Shown: positions 39,921 to 53,435 of the stretch, piece by piece | Numbering within the stretch: the stretch's first letter is position 1 | Layout of the letters: the number at the start of each line of letters is the position of its first letter | Assembly: GCA_964016885.1 (NCBI GenBank) | Contig: OZ024740.1 | Span: 358,794,001-358,858,000, forward strand | Length of the DNA: 64,000 nucleotides | Reading direction: 5' to 3' | Source of the DNA: Eledone cirrhosa | Taxonomy: Eukaryota | Position numbers and translations under genes: made by a program | Notes under the pieces: generated by a model | What the model saw: the letters and a program-made list of their open reading frames with translations, nothing else | Told to the model about the DNA's origin: nothing | The model's database searches: none

Positions 39921-40040
39921 TGAAGGCGTGTGGCTGAGTGGTTAGAGAATTGGATTCGCAATCGTAAGGTTGTGAGTTCGATTCCTGGACCAGGCGATGC
40001 GTTATGTCCTTGAGCAAGACACTTTATTTCACGTTGCTCC
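39921..40040 (+). mobile_element. tRNA-derived SINE 5' part (second family)
   Basis: tggctgagtggttaga...gagttcgattcc followed by tgtccttgagcaagacactttatttcacgttgctcc. Confidence 0.8.
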
Positions 40041-40049
40041 TTCTACCTG

Positions 40050-41002
40050 GAGTTGCGACCGATAGATAGTATTAGCAATTGGAAAGACCAACGGAAACAT
40101 TGTTCCCTCGGTCCGATTTGACGAAAGTCGATCGTTCCTTAAAAAAAAAATATATATATATATAGTAGAATAATCGAGTATCGAAAAATCGGCGCACCAG
40201 TTCACGATAAACAAAATTCGAAATGAGCGGCAGAGGGCTCAATAATTCAGATAAATCAGAGCTATAACTATCGTTAAAATACCGACACACATAGAACATG
40301 TCTAAAATCAACCATACGACCGAAAAATTACGATCTGGAAGATTCGGGACACTCAGATAAAATATCAATAAATCAATAAATCAAATGAATGTAAAAAGCA
40401 TACCCGGACCCGCTAGAAAGATGGTAAATCTAGCTTCTTGGGTTTCTGTAAATCCTTAAACCGCCCTCTATCAGCCCACATAAAAATATATAAGACTTCT
40501 AGAAAGCAGCGGACCGGAATTACTTTCTCAACGAGCTTTTGTCCGAACGAATAAAAAGGCACAACCCAAGTTGAAAAAACGCACATGGAATTCAGCAAGG
40601 GAGATAACCTCTATATCCGCAAAAAATATTCGGGAAAATGTGGAAATACACATATCGAATAAGAGTGCTCAATAGACATATTAAAATAAACAGGAGCTAT
40701 TCATCATTTAATAGAATCGACAAAAAATGAACAATAAAATTAACTGGTCAATAGCTAAGTCTAGAGCTAAATATAGTAGAATAATCGAGTATCGAAAAAT
40801 CGGCGTACGAGTTCACGATAAACAAAATTCGAAATGAGCGGCAGAGGGCTCAATAATTCAGATAAATCAGAGCTATAACTATCGTTAAAATACCGACACA
40901 CATAGAACATGTCTAAAATCAACCATACGACCGAAAAATTACGATCTGGAAGATTCGGGACACTCAGATAAAATATCAATAAATCAATAAATCAAATGAA
41001 TG
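40050..41002 (-). mobile_element. Probable CR1/Jockey-like LINE 3' relic containing a ~232-bp direct repeat
   Basis: 40161-40392 is nearly identical to 40772-41003; minus-strand CRYFNDSYSSDLSELLSP resembles a CR1/Jockey C-terminus. The repeat is certain, the class tentative. Confidence 0.5.
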
Positions 41003-41870
41003 TATATATATATATCGAATAAGAAAAAGCGAAGTAGTTTCAGATGTTAAAGTCCTTTAATGATAATGCTGTGATACATATTTCAATAACGACAGTGGCC
41101 ACACGCTTCCGTGTACCCATGCCATGACATCATCAGACAGCTTCTTACATAATAAGATTATGTTTCCGAGGCAATCCAAATTGAATCGACATGGGAACGG
41201 ACAAAGCGTGTGCTCTTGAATTCTTCGCCCGTTCCCTTGTGAGTCCCAATTCACCCCCACCGGTCTGCGCAGGCGCAAGTCCAAAGGAAGTTGACCATCA
41301 ACTACTCCAAAGTTCTACGAAACTCGCCTAGGCAGATCCACCTCTCAACCAAACAATCACCCCATTCAGGTCTGTAATATGACACGGTTATAGTTTGCTG
41401 CTAGCCACCTTGCCAGTGGCAGTTGGCCGAAAGCTAGTGGGGTGGGAGAGTATGAGTTTCAATAGGTCTCCATACTACCCCTAAATTAAGCATGGACAGT
41501 AGAATTGACCATCACCCGCTAAGAGAATATATACTTAATTCTAGGTATTATGGTTTCACAGTGCAAATTATGATTGAGAATTAGAAATTAAAACTAAAAA
41601 TTAAAAATCAAAAATTAAAAAAATTAAAATCTTGATTGAAGTAAGTAAAAAAATATATGTACATATAATAACTAATAAATAGGGAGATGTTTAAATTATA
41701 GTAAGAAGTTTTGAAAAAGGAATCAATATTACAGATATATTATCCATATATTGAACGATAGTACCGTACAGTAGAACGGAGGGTAAATTACAGTATTACG
41801 TAGTAGTTAGGCAAATACATAGTTAATATCTCTATCACATGAATATATCTCTATCACACACACACACACA

Positions 41871-41917
<47 letters not shown>

Positions 41918-43296
41918 GAGAGAGAGATAGAGAGAGAGAGAGATATAGAGAGAGATAGAGAGAGAAAGAGAGAGAGAGGAAGAAAGATACCAAGTTGAAT
42001 CGGGACTAACCACAGTAAACCGGTACTCAATGCATTCGACTGTAAATATCGTATTTGATATAGAAAAAGTTTCTACAGGACTATAACTGTTTCATTCATA
42101 TGAAACCATTAGGCCTTCCTGATGAGTTCATACGAATGTTTCATTTGTAATATACTCTTACAATGTTTACCAATTCAATAAACTATAAGCAATGCGTATT
42201 GACAATTTCAACATAAATCATTAATTCCTAAGTTTCCCGTCTGTGTATTTATTGCGTTGTTTGCACACAATTATATATAAAAATGAAACAGAAGTCAATC
42301 TTTTAGATTTTTATCATCTATTAATATTTTCTTGGATTTGTTTTTATCACAGTTAATATAAAAGATATTATCATAGTTAGTTGAATACAAAATAGATGCC
42401 AGTAAATGTCACGAAACAATATGCTTGAGAATGTTACAAAAGAGAATGTAAATATTTTCTTATCGCATATGATAGTTTTCCTTATTTTTATAAAATTTGG
42501 TTCCATTTGTCTAAACAGTTGGTTGATTTCCAAATAGCATCACTGTTCTTTTAATATATCGCATACTTATGATAGTAACTACTATAATATTTTGAGATAT
42601 AGTAATTCCATTAAATATTATATTTCTAGTTGTGCACTTTTGGCAAAATCAGCCGAGTAGAGATATTATTGAAAGAATTCTCGTGAATAAATTTGGACAT
42701 GCATAGGAAATTAAAACTTATCCACTGCATTAAATACGAACACACAAAATTAACTATGATAAAGAAGTATATTTATACGTATATGCATTGGTACCAACAA
42801 TCAAGTCTGGAATGATTACAATGAGTTCACTACATTCCGTTTGAAAACAGTCACTCTGGATTCAACCCACCTCAGCTGCAAATGATTGAATTTATAATTT
42901 CGCCGGTGTAATTAATGTCTTTTTTCTTTCCATACATACATATAAACAATTATTCCTTATTATCTAAATTTAAGCGATATATATTTTGTATTAAAATAAA
43001 AGCAGTCCTACGGGTAGAATTTATAGATTAATGCATCGGAGCCTGTAGAGGAGGATCTTCGACAACAATATGTAAATAAAGTATTATAATGTTTCTGAAA
43101 TACAATTCAAAGCTATATTAATTATTATATAAGCAATTTTTACCTTAGAATTCTTGTATGTAGTCCTGCCTGCCTCTAATCTTCTTTTCTTTCTTGCATT
43201 CATACACCATATATATATTAGCGATAGTACCCGGTGTTATGCGAGCGTCAAATATAGAGAAAACACCTTTGCATTCGGTAATTTTAAATAAACTAT

Positions 43297-43389
<93 letters not shown>

Positions 43390-43994
43390 GTAGAAATATC
43401 CAATGTAGAGAACAACTCGAGTCCGTAGGGTAAGGTTTAATATAATTATCAATGGCCAGTTACTTCAACGGAGCCATACCAAGAACGTATGTTGCGTTGA
43501 CCTGGTGGACCAACTTTTTCAACCTGCGCCAGTGAAAGGATATCCGGCTCACTTCTACCGGCAGAGGTTGAAAACGTTATCCTCCAGGCAAACAAAACGT
43601 ACGTTACTGGTATGGATCCGTTGTAGTAAACTGCCTAAATTAATTCTATATATGTATTTGTGTGCGTGTTATATTTGTACGTTTGTGTATAGCTTTCGCT
43701 GATGAATTTCGAAGAGAGATGTAGATAAGTACAAGAAACTGTTTTTTAAGTGTATAAAAGCAATTTACTTTGTGATATTTTTCTCCACGTTAACCAGACA
43801 TTTACATCCCCTTATCTATCATATTCGATCTGAACAGATTTAAAACAAAACCTTCAACGTTAAATGGATTTCTTCCCATGTTGGTTGTTCATGTATTTAA
43901 TATATAGCGGTGCCTATGCAGTAGAATATAAATAATGTATGAGTCATTTACTTAAATATTCTGTTGATGACACATATTCGAATTCAATAATTAA

Positions 43995-44177
43995 ATAATT
44001 GTTTCTACTTTAGGCACAAGGCCAGCAATTACCCAGTGCATTACTGGTACTTTATTTTATCGACCCCGTAAGGATGAAAGGCAAAGTCAACCTCGGCGGG
44101 ATTTGAACTCAGATCGTAAAGGGACGTAACTATGCTGGAAAGCATGGCGTCCGACCCTCTACCGATACTGCCAATCC
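43995..44177 (-). mobile_element. tRNA-derived SINE
   Basis: Near-consensus copy. Confidence 0.92.
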
Positions 44178-44783
44178 AATGATTGGAATTTGCAACTCTC
44201 TTTATAATTTGATATAGGATTCCTGTAACTAATTTCTTAGATGGTGTATTTATATGTCTACATTTGTTTGAAAATTATGTTTTCTTACAGACAAAACAGA
44301 AATGATAGAGGCACGTAAACAAGAAAAGGTATCAATTACAGTATGATATAGGAACAATAATGATAGTCTATAATTATGTAATACATCGAATACAATTGAA
44401 AAGATCGTTTTCATTATAAACATTTATGTATACGTAAATCTATCACCAAATTTATTTTCAAACATATTGTCTCAGTAAATACATATATGCATATATGCAT
44501 GTATGTATGTACGTATATATGTGTGTTGTCCTTGTATGTGCGTGAATACATAACCATGACTAGTAATTGTCCTACGTTAAACGCAAACAAATTGACGCCA
44601 AGCAAATGTAATGAGAGTACCCATGAGGTACATATCACACAAGACAACGTAAAACTACATATGCCATTCAGAACCATACCCAAAATACTCCAAGCATAAC
44701 ATCATCAATTACTGTTACAAGGGTGACGGTCATCACACTACGAAACGTCGTATTACCTGGTCCTTGGTTTATATATATATATA

Positions 44784-44878
<95 letters not shown>

Positions 44879-44891
44879 ATATATATATATA

Positions 44892-45004
<113 letters not shown>

Positions 45005-45027
45005 ATATGTATATATATATATGTATA

Positions 45028-45062
<35 letters not shown>

Positions 45063-45762
45063 GTATGTGTGTGTGCATATATATATATGTATGTGTGTGT
45101 TGTGTGCATATATATATATATATATGTATGTATGTATGTATATATACATATATATAGTGAGAGAAGAGAGAATATGATTGCTCTTAAATCATGACTGATC
45201 TTGTGTTTATACGTGTAAGCAAAAGGCAAACACTGATACAGCTTGGCACCATTGTTGTCGAAACCTTTGAAAAAGGGGAAATAGATATATGATATTATTT
45301 CCTGTTTTGAAGCAAACAATTAATGGGAAATTATAATATACAAACGATCTTGCTCATCACTCCGGGATTATCTTATCATTTGTAAAATAGCTTCGTTTTC
45401 CATAAACCAGCTAACCAGAGGTTTGTCATAAATATTTATGAAATAATACTAAACACTTCCCTAGCCGGATGAAGAAGAAATATATCTTCTATGTTCTATG
45501 AATTTTTACGTATTTCTTTCACTTTTAGTTATTGAAACCGTATTTTTTAATGGGTAAATTGTCTATTTAAAACTAGACTTAAACCATTGAGAGAAATGTT
45601 ATTGTTGAATTACTTCAAGCAATACTGTTGTATCTATCTTATTCTTTTGAGAATTAACGAAGTATAATAACATTCTAAATTTATAGAGAAATCTGGTATT
45701 CATTGATTTATAATATCGATAAGCAATCTCGCTCTCTCTCTCTCTTTCTTATATCCCCCTCA

Positions 45763-45851
<89 letters not shown>

Positions 45852-45862
45852 GAAAAGATTCA

Positions 45863-45953
45863 GGACCCCGATGGCTGAGCTCCGGCCGTTTCGACAGCTA
45901 GATCCGAACTAAGCCACCATCATTGGAATCTAGCTGAACTTATCAAGGGGTAC
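45863..45953 (-). ncRNA. Full-size type I hammerhead with variant UUGAUAA core
   Basis: guacccc UUGAUAA guucagcuagauuc...ggaucuagcuguc GAAA cggc cggagcuca gcca UC ggggucc. Confidence 0.7.
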
Positions 45954-46412
45954 AGTCCAAATATGGGCATGCAGTCAAAGCAAAAGTAGTAAAATATCTA
46001 AGCAAAAAGAGTATTTGAATATAAAGCAAACAACAAATAAATTAGTGCATGAGGTGCCCTTCCCGGGCCTCATAGTAAATGATAACTAGATTTCTTTATG
46101 AGGAGCTGAATTAGTAATAAAATATAAATGCTTGGCATTTTAGCCAAATGTTAGATAAGGAAAACTCAACATAAATACTCTACGCTACCCTCTTTGATAT
46201 ATTTTTTCTCTCGTTTGTATTTTATGCCTTTCAATTGACGTTTCGTACAATACCGTTTCTACAGATTATAAATAGTTGTATCGGATGCAATCTCTCTTAA
46301 TGCCGTGCGTGCGCACCTGACTGGCTTTGCTACCTCAGGTCAGTCCACCTTCTTACTCCTTCCCTTTGTATTTCGGCCTGTTTAAACCGCCACCGCCATA
46401 AAGGAAATAAAC

Positions 46413-46704
46413 CAGACATGGACAACCCTTTTCGAGAAGCGGGCCACATGAGATATGGCTCATCATCAGACGGGCCGCAAGCGCTAATTTATATTCGTGC
46501 ACACATTAAAAAAAAAGGGTGGTAACTCAGGTTGTTTTGATTTGTTTCTTCGGAATTCGTAGACGTTGTTTTCCTCGATCGTAAAAATGATAGAAAGATA
46601 AATTACGACTGAAAAGATGGGGTAAAAAAATCAGAAAGATTTTATTTAGGTGACTTAGGCGAACCATTCAGAAAGATACGCGGGCCGCAGGTTGCCTATG
46701 ACTG
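46413..46704. mobile_element. hAT-superfamily MITE
   Basis: 15-bp imperfect TIRs cagacatggacaacc / ggttgcctatgactg, subterminal gcgggcc motifs, 8-bp TSD aaataaac / taataaac. Confidence 0.85.
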
Positions 46705-46814
46705 TAATAAACTATATACATGACATCCCAGATCACTGACCACTCCCCGTGAAAGACGAGAACAACAAACTTTTAAGATTTTTTGCTTAGATTTTTTGCT
46801 TTTTTGCTTTGACT

Positions 46815-46913
46815 GTACCCCATGATAAGGTCAGCTAGTTTCAGCCGTTCTAATACTGGTGGCTTAGTTCGGATCTAGCTATCGAAACGGCCGGAGCTCA
46901 GCCGTCGGGGTAC
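46815..46913 (+). ncRNA. Full-size type I hammerhead, core AUGAUAA
   Basis: guacccc AUGAUAA ggucagcuag...cuagcuauc GAAA cggc cggagcuca gccg UC gggguac; perfect 7-bp stem I, GUC site ending at 46906. Confidence 0.7.
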
Positions 46914-47018
46914 TGACTCCTTTCATAATACCCACTCTACTACCCCAAGTATCGAGTACTCTAGTGCATTATGGTCCACCTGGTATCTTTCTACAACGTC
47001 TTTGTTATATATATATAC

Positions 47019-47086
<68 letters not shown>

Positions 47087-47088
<2 letters not shown>

Positions 47089-47197
47089 TATGTAATAAAC
47101 AACATAAAATAATTATTTCATTTACCAGTGGTTCCTTGAGCTTTGAAGAAACCACTGGTAAATGAAATAATAATCTTATGTTGTTTATTACATAACT
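47087..47197. repeat. Hairpin with ~50-bp arms
   Basis: ttatgtaataaacaacataa..ttatttcatttaccagtggtt / aaccactggtaaatgaaataa..ttatgttgtttattacataa. Confidence 0.9.
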
Positions 47198-47230
47198 AAT
47201 AAGCTCTGTAACTTACACAGAGCATTCTTT

Positions 47231-47279
<49 letters not shown>

Positions 47280-47362
47280 ATAATAATAAATTTGAAGACT
47301 AAAATCCAAAGAGGGTTCGATAAGGATAAATATATATCAAATATATAAGAACCGTAGAGCAA

Positions 47363-47461
47363 ATATTTATTAAAATAACAGATTAAAGTTTAAGAAGATC
47401 CCGTTAAGGTTGAAAGCAGCGATTATTTGCTTAAACTTTAATCTGTTATTTTAATAAATAT
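47363..47461. repeat. Hairpin with perfect ~32-bp arms
   Basis: atatttattaaaataacagattaaagtttaag / cttaaactttaatctgttattttaataaatat. Confidence 0.9.
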
Positions 47462-47540
47462 ATATATATGATCACGCACAAAAACAAGATGGCGTAGGAC
47501 AGAACAAAGGAGAGGCACAAAACAAAGAAAAGAATCCCCG

Positions 47541-47583
47541 GTCACTGATGAGGTCACAGAATATGTGACGAAAGAACTTTGAC
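47541..47583 (+). ncRNA. Minimal type I hammerhead ribozyme motif
   Basis: guca CUGAUGA g gucaca gaaua ugugac GAAA gaac UU ugac; perfect stems I and II. Confidence 0.8.
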
Positions 47584-49287
47584 AATATATGAACACCCGT
47601 CCGGTTGTGGAACCAACCAACCAACCGGAAATTTATAAATTTATTTAATTTATAATAAATTGGAGTGAAAGCAACTGGAGCGTGTGTTTCTTATTGGCAA
47701 CATGACCCTCCCAAAGTATAACAATATATATGATTTTATATATATATATATATATAATCATATTTCCTTAAGGCTTCATTTATTCATTTACCATTTCGAT
47801 CGTTCATATACGTTCTTTCTTGTTCCTCTATATAGCCTCCGTTCATCTACTGTATTTGTCTGCATAGTCTTACATTCATTCCTTCAAGCAACCAAGAATT
47901 CCCCACCTTCCGATATTCTGCAATGTACCGTTTATGCCGTCTATTAACGGGTTGGAATCATACAATGCCCATTCTGGTTTCACTACTGAAGAGCGATGAC
48001 AATGTTATAGCTGTTCCTTTTCATATTCGTTCGTGCCGCTGTATATGTTGTGTACAGAAATGTTAGTAATACGAGTATATATGTGAATTTTATAGGTTTT
48101 ATCCAGTATTGACCAAGCCCATGTCACACTAAATAATGTTAATGATAATTTGCAAAAGAAGCTGTCCAGGTGCTGATTGGATGTTTTGGGATTTTTTCGT
48201 TTCTTGATTTATTTTTGATATATAAATAGATACATATATGTTTGTATGCGTGTGCGTGCATGTGTGTGCGTGGCTAATCGTGCATATATTACATTACACA
48301 TAATATTTATTCTCTCCCTCTCCCTCTGTATCTCTCTCTCTCTCTCTCGCTCTCTCTCTCTTTATATAAATATATATATATATATATGTATATATATATG
48401 TATATATATATATATAAAGAGAGAGAGAGAGAGAGTCTAAAAATAGTAATTTCATGTAAACTGCTATTAAAACAATGATATATTAGAAATAATAACACAA
48501 ACATTACAGGAAATTATAAAAATCAATAGATATTTTGAATGAAAGGAGTATCAATTAATTTCCTCTGCAGAACCAAAACAATACTTTGTAAAACATGACA
48601 AGTCAAACCCAATTTAATCAATGATGCAAACATTATACACTAATGGCAGAAAGAATATTTCAAACAAATATGAAAATAACTTACAACGGTTACCTTTATT
48701 GTTGTGTAAATTATGATAAATATATCGCCATTGAAGTATGTCGTGCATTACAGAAATCTTTCAGTTTGCAATAAATGTATTTTTATATTGAATGACGGCA
48801 TAGAAAGTTTGTATGAAATATTTTCGCCTCTATATATTATCTGTATTTAATAGTTTGCTTCTGTTTAAAAGGAAGAAAATAAATATTTGTAATAATATGA
48901 AATACATATATATTTCTTTCCTATTTCTTATGCTTCGTTTATGCTTAGGCTTTATTTTATAAGGTAGACTAAATTTATTATCATATTGTTTGGTATATAG
49001 AATGGAACTATAAAATATAGACACTTTAGAAAGGAAGATAACGTTTTCTTTTTAATATACTGATATCCTCTTGCTTCTGTAGTCACTGAAGGGTTTCAAC
49101 TATATTTATGTTTTCAATATTAATTATTTTTTCAGCTAAATCAATGAAAATACATATCAAATGGAATTAACGTATTCTGTCTTGATTCTAAAAGAAAAAG
49201 AAAAATGTTTTAGTAGATCATCCATCAGAATACTAATATTTTGATTTTTAAAGAGCAAATCAAAAAACATTATTTTCCTATAAACCT

Positions 49288-49480
49288 AAGGCGGTGAATT
49301 GGCAGTATCGGTAGAGGGTTGGACGTAACTATGCTAGAAAAGCATAGTTACGTCCCTTTACGGTCTGAGTTCAAATCCCGCCAAGGTTAACTTTGCCTTT
49401 CATCACGGGGTCGATAAAATAAAGTACCAGTAATGTACTGGGTAATTTCTGGCCTTGGGCCAATAGTAGAAACAATTATT
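49288..49480 (+). mobile_element. tRNA-derived SINE with internal perfect palindrome
   Basis: taaggcggtgaattggcagtatcggtagagg...gagttcaaatccc...ggggtcgataaaataaagtaccag...gtagaaacaattatt. Confidence 0.92.
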
Positions 49481-51099
49481 AAATTAACTCTTATTAAAAT
49501 AGACATTTATGTGTAAATACAAATCATGAAATTTGTAAATATACATTTGGTTAATTAGTATAGACAACTCTTGATAGGTTTCATCCTTATTCTCATCTCA
49601 AACGGAAAACACAGACATCAATATATTCTAAAGTAGGAATAAATCATGTTATTATGTATACAAATTGTGAGCGTAAGGAATAGAATTTTTACTAACTAAT
49701 AGGTTTATCCCCAATGCGCATTTATTTCTTGTTACCTATTTAGTGTTGCATGCAATGAAATTGGTGTATGCATTACAAATGCTAACAATGAGTTGGCTAT
49801 TATTAACACATAGGGATTATTGAGGGAAAGCAAAGCATTGCAATGAGGGATATCATATGAGAGACTCAACAAGGGAACTAAGTATTCTAATACGAGCTAA
49901 CAACCTAACAGAGAGCATTTTCAAATATCTTACAATGCTTATTATTCAAAAGGACATAGATTTTATGAACTATGTTTACGTGAAGATAAAATAGGATACT
50001 AATTAATAATAAGAGAAATCTTTTTAATCTATTTACGAATATAAACACCATGCTCTAAACGCTTCAGGACTTTCTTACTTATTAACGGATTTTGGTATCT
50101 TTATAACAGTGTGAAGGGAAATTATGAATTCTTTAATCACGACGCATTAGTGTCATTATATCAATTTCATGTAGAGACTGCAAGAAGAAAAGTGTGTGTA
50201 ATCTACTATATATTTGAGAGTGTATGTGTGTATGTATGAATGTGTGTATTTCATTGAAAGGCTCCGAAACGGTGCGTTCTAGAAAAAAACTAATTTAATT
50301 TCCGACACCTGTGTTTCAAGGAGAAGAGTTTTGGGAAATTGAGTTTCTTAATTCCGAAAAGAATAAAAGAAAAACAAACAAACAAACAACAACAAAAAAA
50401 GAAAATAGTAGTACTACCAATCACTGTTACTGTGACAATTTAAGTAGTCTGGATTTTATTAATCGTCTCATGCATTCTTTCATCGTGACCTTATTATTTC
50501 GTCCATACATGCTGCCAGGTGGGGCATTATTTCTCTATGAGGCAGAGCATTGTCCTCATTAAGGTCATCCAATGATTACGCTAAAGTACAAAACAAAACA
50601 TTGATACCACTTCAACATAGAGCTCCATGGCGTAAATTTCTATAGAAACCACATTGAGGACAATTAACGATTCACGGTGATGACCCACAGGGAATATGTA
50701 TCGGGAGATGAGGCACGGGGGTGACATTGTTTGACATGGAATGTAAATCAAAATTGAAAGAAAGATATTCTATGGTGAAAATTGCCCAGCAACGACTGGC
50801 TACTCTGATAGCACTGAATATATATCGTTCTTCAAACGTTATCTTCCCTACAACAGTTAAATGGTATTACATCTCCTCTTACGGAAAACGAAAACCAGTC
50901 TTTTCTGCGCAGAATCCATCCAGTTAAAAAATACACCCGCTTACGCCATAATTACACACGAGTTGATAATCCTCTTTAGGTGAAATGCGTGTTATCATAG
51001 TATGATTTGGTAATCGGCAAATTAACTCTATACCAATCTCGTACTTTCTTTGGATATAACCTTCTGATTTTTCAGTGTACTATTCTGTATATATATATA

Positions 51100-51733
<634 letters not shown>

Positions 51734-52399
51734 AATCTATGCATGAATGTATATATATATATACGTTAGGGTCTCACATTGGATATAGTAAAGCCAAATA
51801 GTTCACAAACATTAAGGTTTGATACTGTTGTGTGTCTCGAGTTGAATCAAGTCTCTTAAGTTATTCCCTCGTAAGTTATTCTCTCGGATTGTCTGTACGA
51901 GTAATTCAAGCGAGCAGCGTTATTAAAAGCTGCTTCGCACTGAATACCAGAGAATGACTTTGACTGTACACATCAGTTTAAAAAGCTAAGTGACTACAAC
52001 TGGAACACACCGATGAATCGATAAAATGGATGAATTTTATTTAATTTCCTGTAATCTCTCATATCTAATCAATAGGGATTACATGTTTCAAACAACTGCG
52101 ATCGTCCTTGCAATTAGAAGGGAAAGTATTCAACTAGATGTTATTACAGCTAAAAAACTACACAAAGGAAATAGTTCCAATAATGTCAACTAATCGAAAT
52201 ATTTGTAAAATATAGACGATGTAGTTAAGAATGGATTAAAGCCAACTGGTGAAAAAAATGGGTATATTTCGATCTCCACGGGGAAGCATATTCGCCTGAG
52301 ATAGCAAAACATAATATCATCAGTATTCCGCCAAAATAAAAGGAAATTAGTGATAATGATTATGAATATCAACATCACCCCATAGAACATATGACTGAA

Positions 52400-52442
<43 letters not shown>

Positions 52443-52841
52443 GCGATTCAAAAACAAACCTCTAAATGTCTTTAAAATTTAAGACAACATGAAGATAATT
52501 TAAAAAATACCATGTAATCCAAATACTTGCAAAGTAAAGCCGTTGAAATTTAAATGTTGCGAAATAAGCTGAATATTTTTATTTCTTTCATCAGTCGGAT
52601 AAGATAAAATTCACGCTTTACTGTGTTATTAGTAGTAACAGTAGAACGAGTTAAAAGAGCCAACGTACAGAATACTATGCGGTACAACATTATTTTAAGC
52701 TGTACGGCTGAAACTATCATTGGCGATTATAAATAGTTTTCTTTTGCTTTAGCTATTCAGTGCTTCAGGCCATCAGAGTAAAGTTCAAACAAGCACGTTT
52801 GTGGGCGCGTGTCTGTATGTGTGTGTGCATGAGGGTATGTT

Positions 52842-52890
<49 letters not shown>

Positions 52891-52913
52891 CAGTCATAAC
52901 CATACTTACTTGC

Positions 52914-52914
<1 letters not shown>

Positions 52915-52944
<30 letters not shown>

Positions 52945-52962
52945 CATACATACATACATACA

Positions 52963-52993
<31 letters not shown>

Positions 52994-53068
52994 TTAAATA
53001 CATACATACATACATACATACATACATACATACATACATACATACATACATACATACATACATACATA
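52915..53068. repeat. (TACA)n tetranucleotide microsatellite
   Basis: Direct reading. Confidence 0.95.
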
Positions 53069-53176
53069 ATTAAATACATATGTGAAAATATGTGATGTGT
53101 TTTTAAAATTCAACTCTTCCTATTGTGAACTTCAGAAAATCATATATGATCTGTCGTATGCACGCATACTCACACC

Positions 53177-53210
<34 letters not shown>

Positions 53211-53284
53211 TAATTGTTTCTACTTTTGGCATATATATATTATATAAACACTATATACATATATATATTCATATATATATTATA

Positions 53285-53359
<75 letters not shown>

Positions 53360-53395
53360 ATATACATACATATATATACACACACACACACACAT

Positions 53396-53435
<40 letters not shown>

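Larger units (their letters stand above)
45849..47010. mobile_element. Inverted-repeat element carrying two opposed hammerhead motifs (probable PLE/retrozyme relic)
   Basis: Arms ~45849-46008 and ~46778-46927; the right arm extends to ~47010; flanked by (AT)n. Confidence 0.75.

Noticed and set aside
39921-39995. Functional tRNA gene
   Set aside because: No proper acceptor stem, and it runs into a SINE body.
43830-44340. Candidate acceptor sites for LRR exon 2
   Set aside because: Phase-2 readings after these AGs give stops or no LxxLxLxxN pattern.
45466-45492. cggatga agaaga aatata tcttct hairpin
   Set aside because: The core is mutated and GAAA is absent.
50721-50830. hAT dimerisation-domain-like peptide (AQQRLATLIALNI)
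   Set aside because: Too short and degenerate to support.
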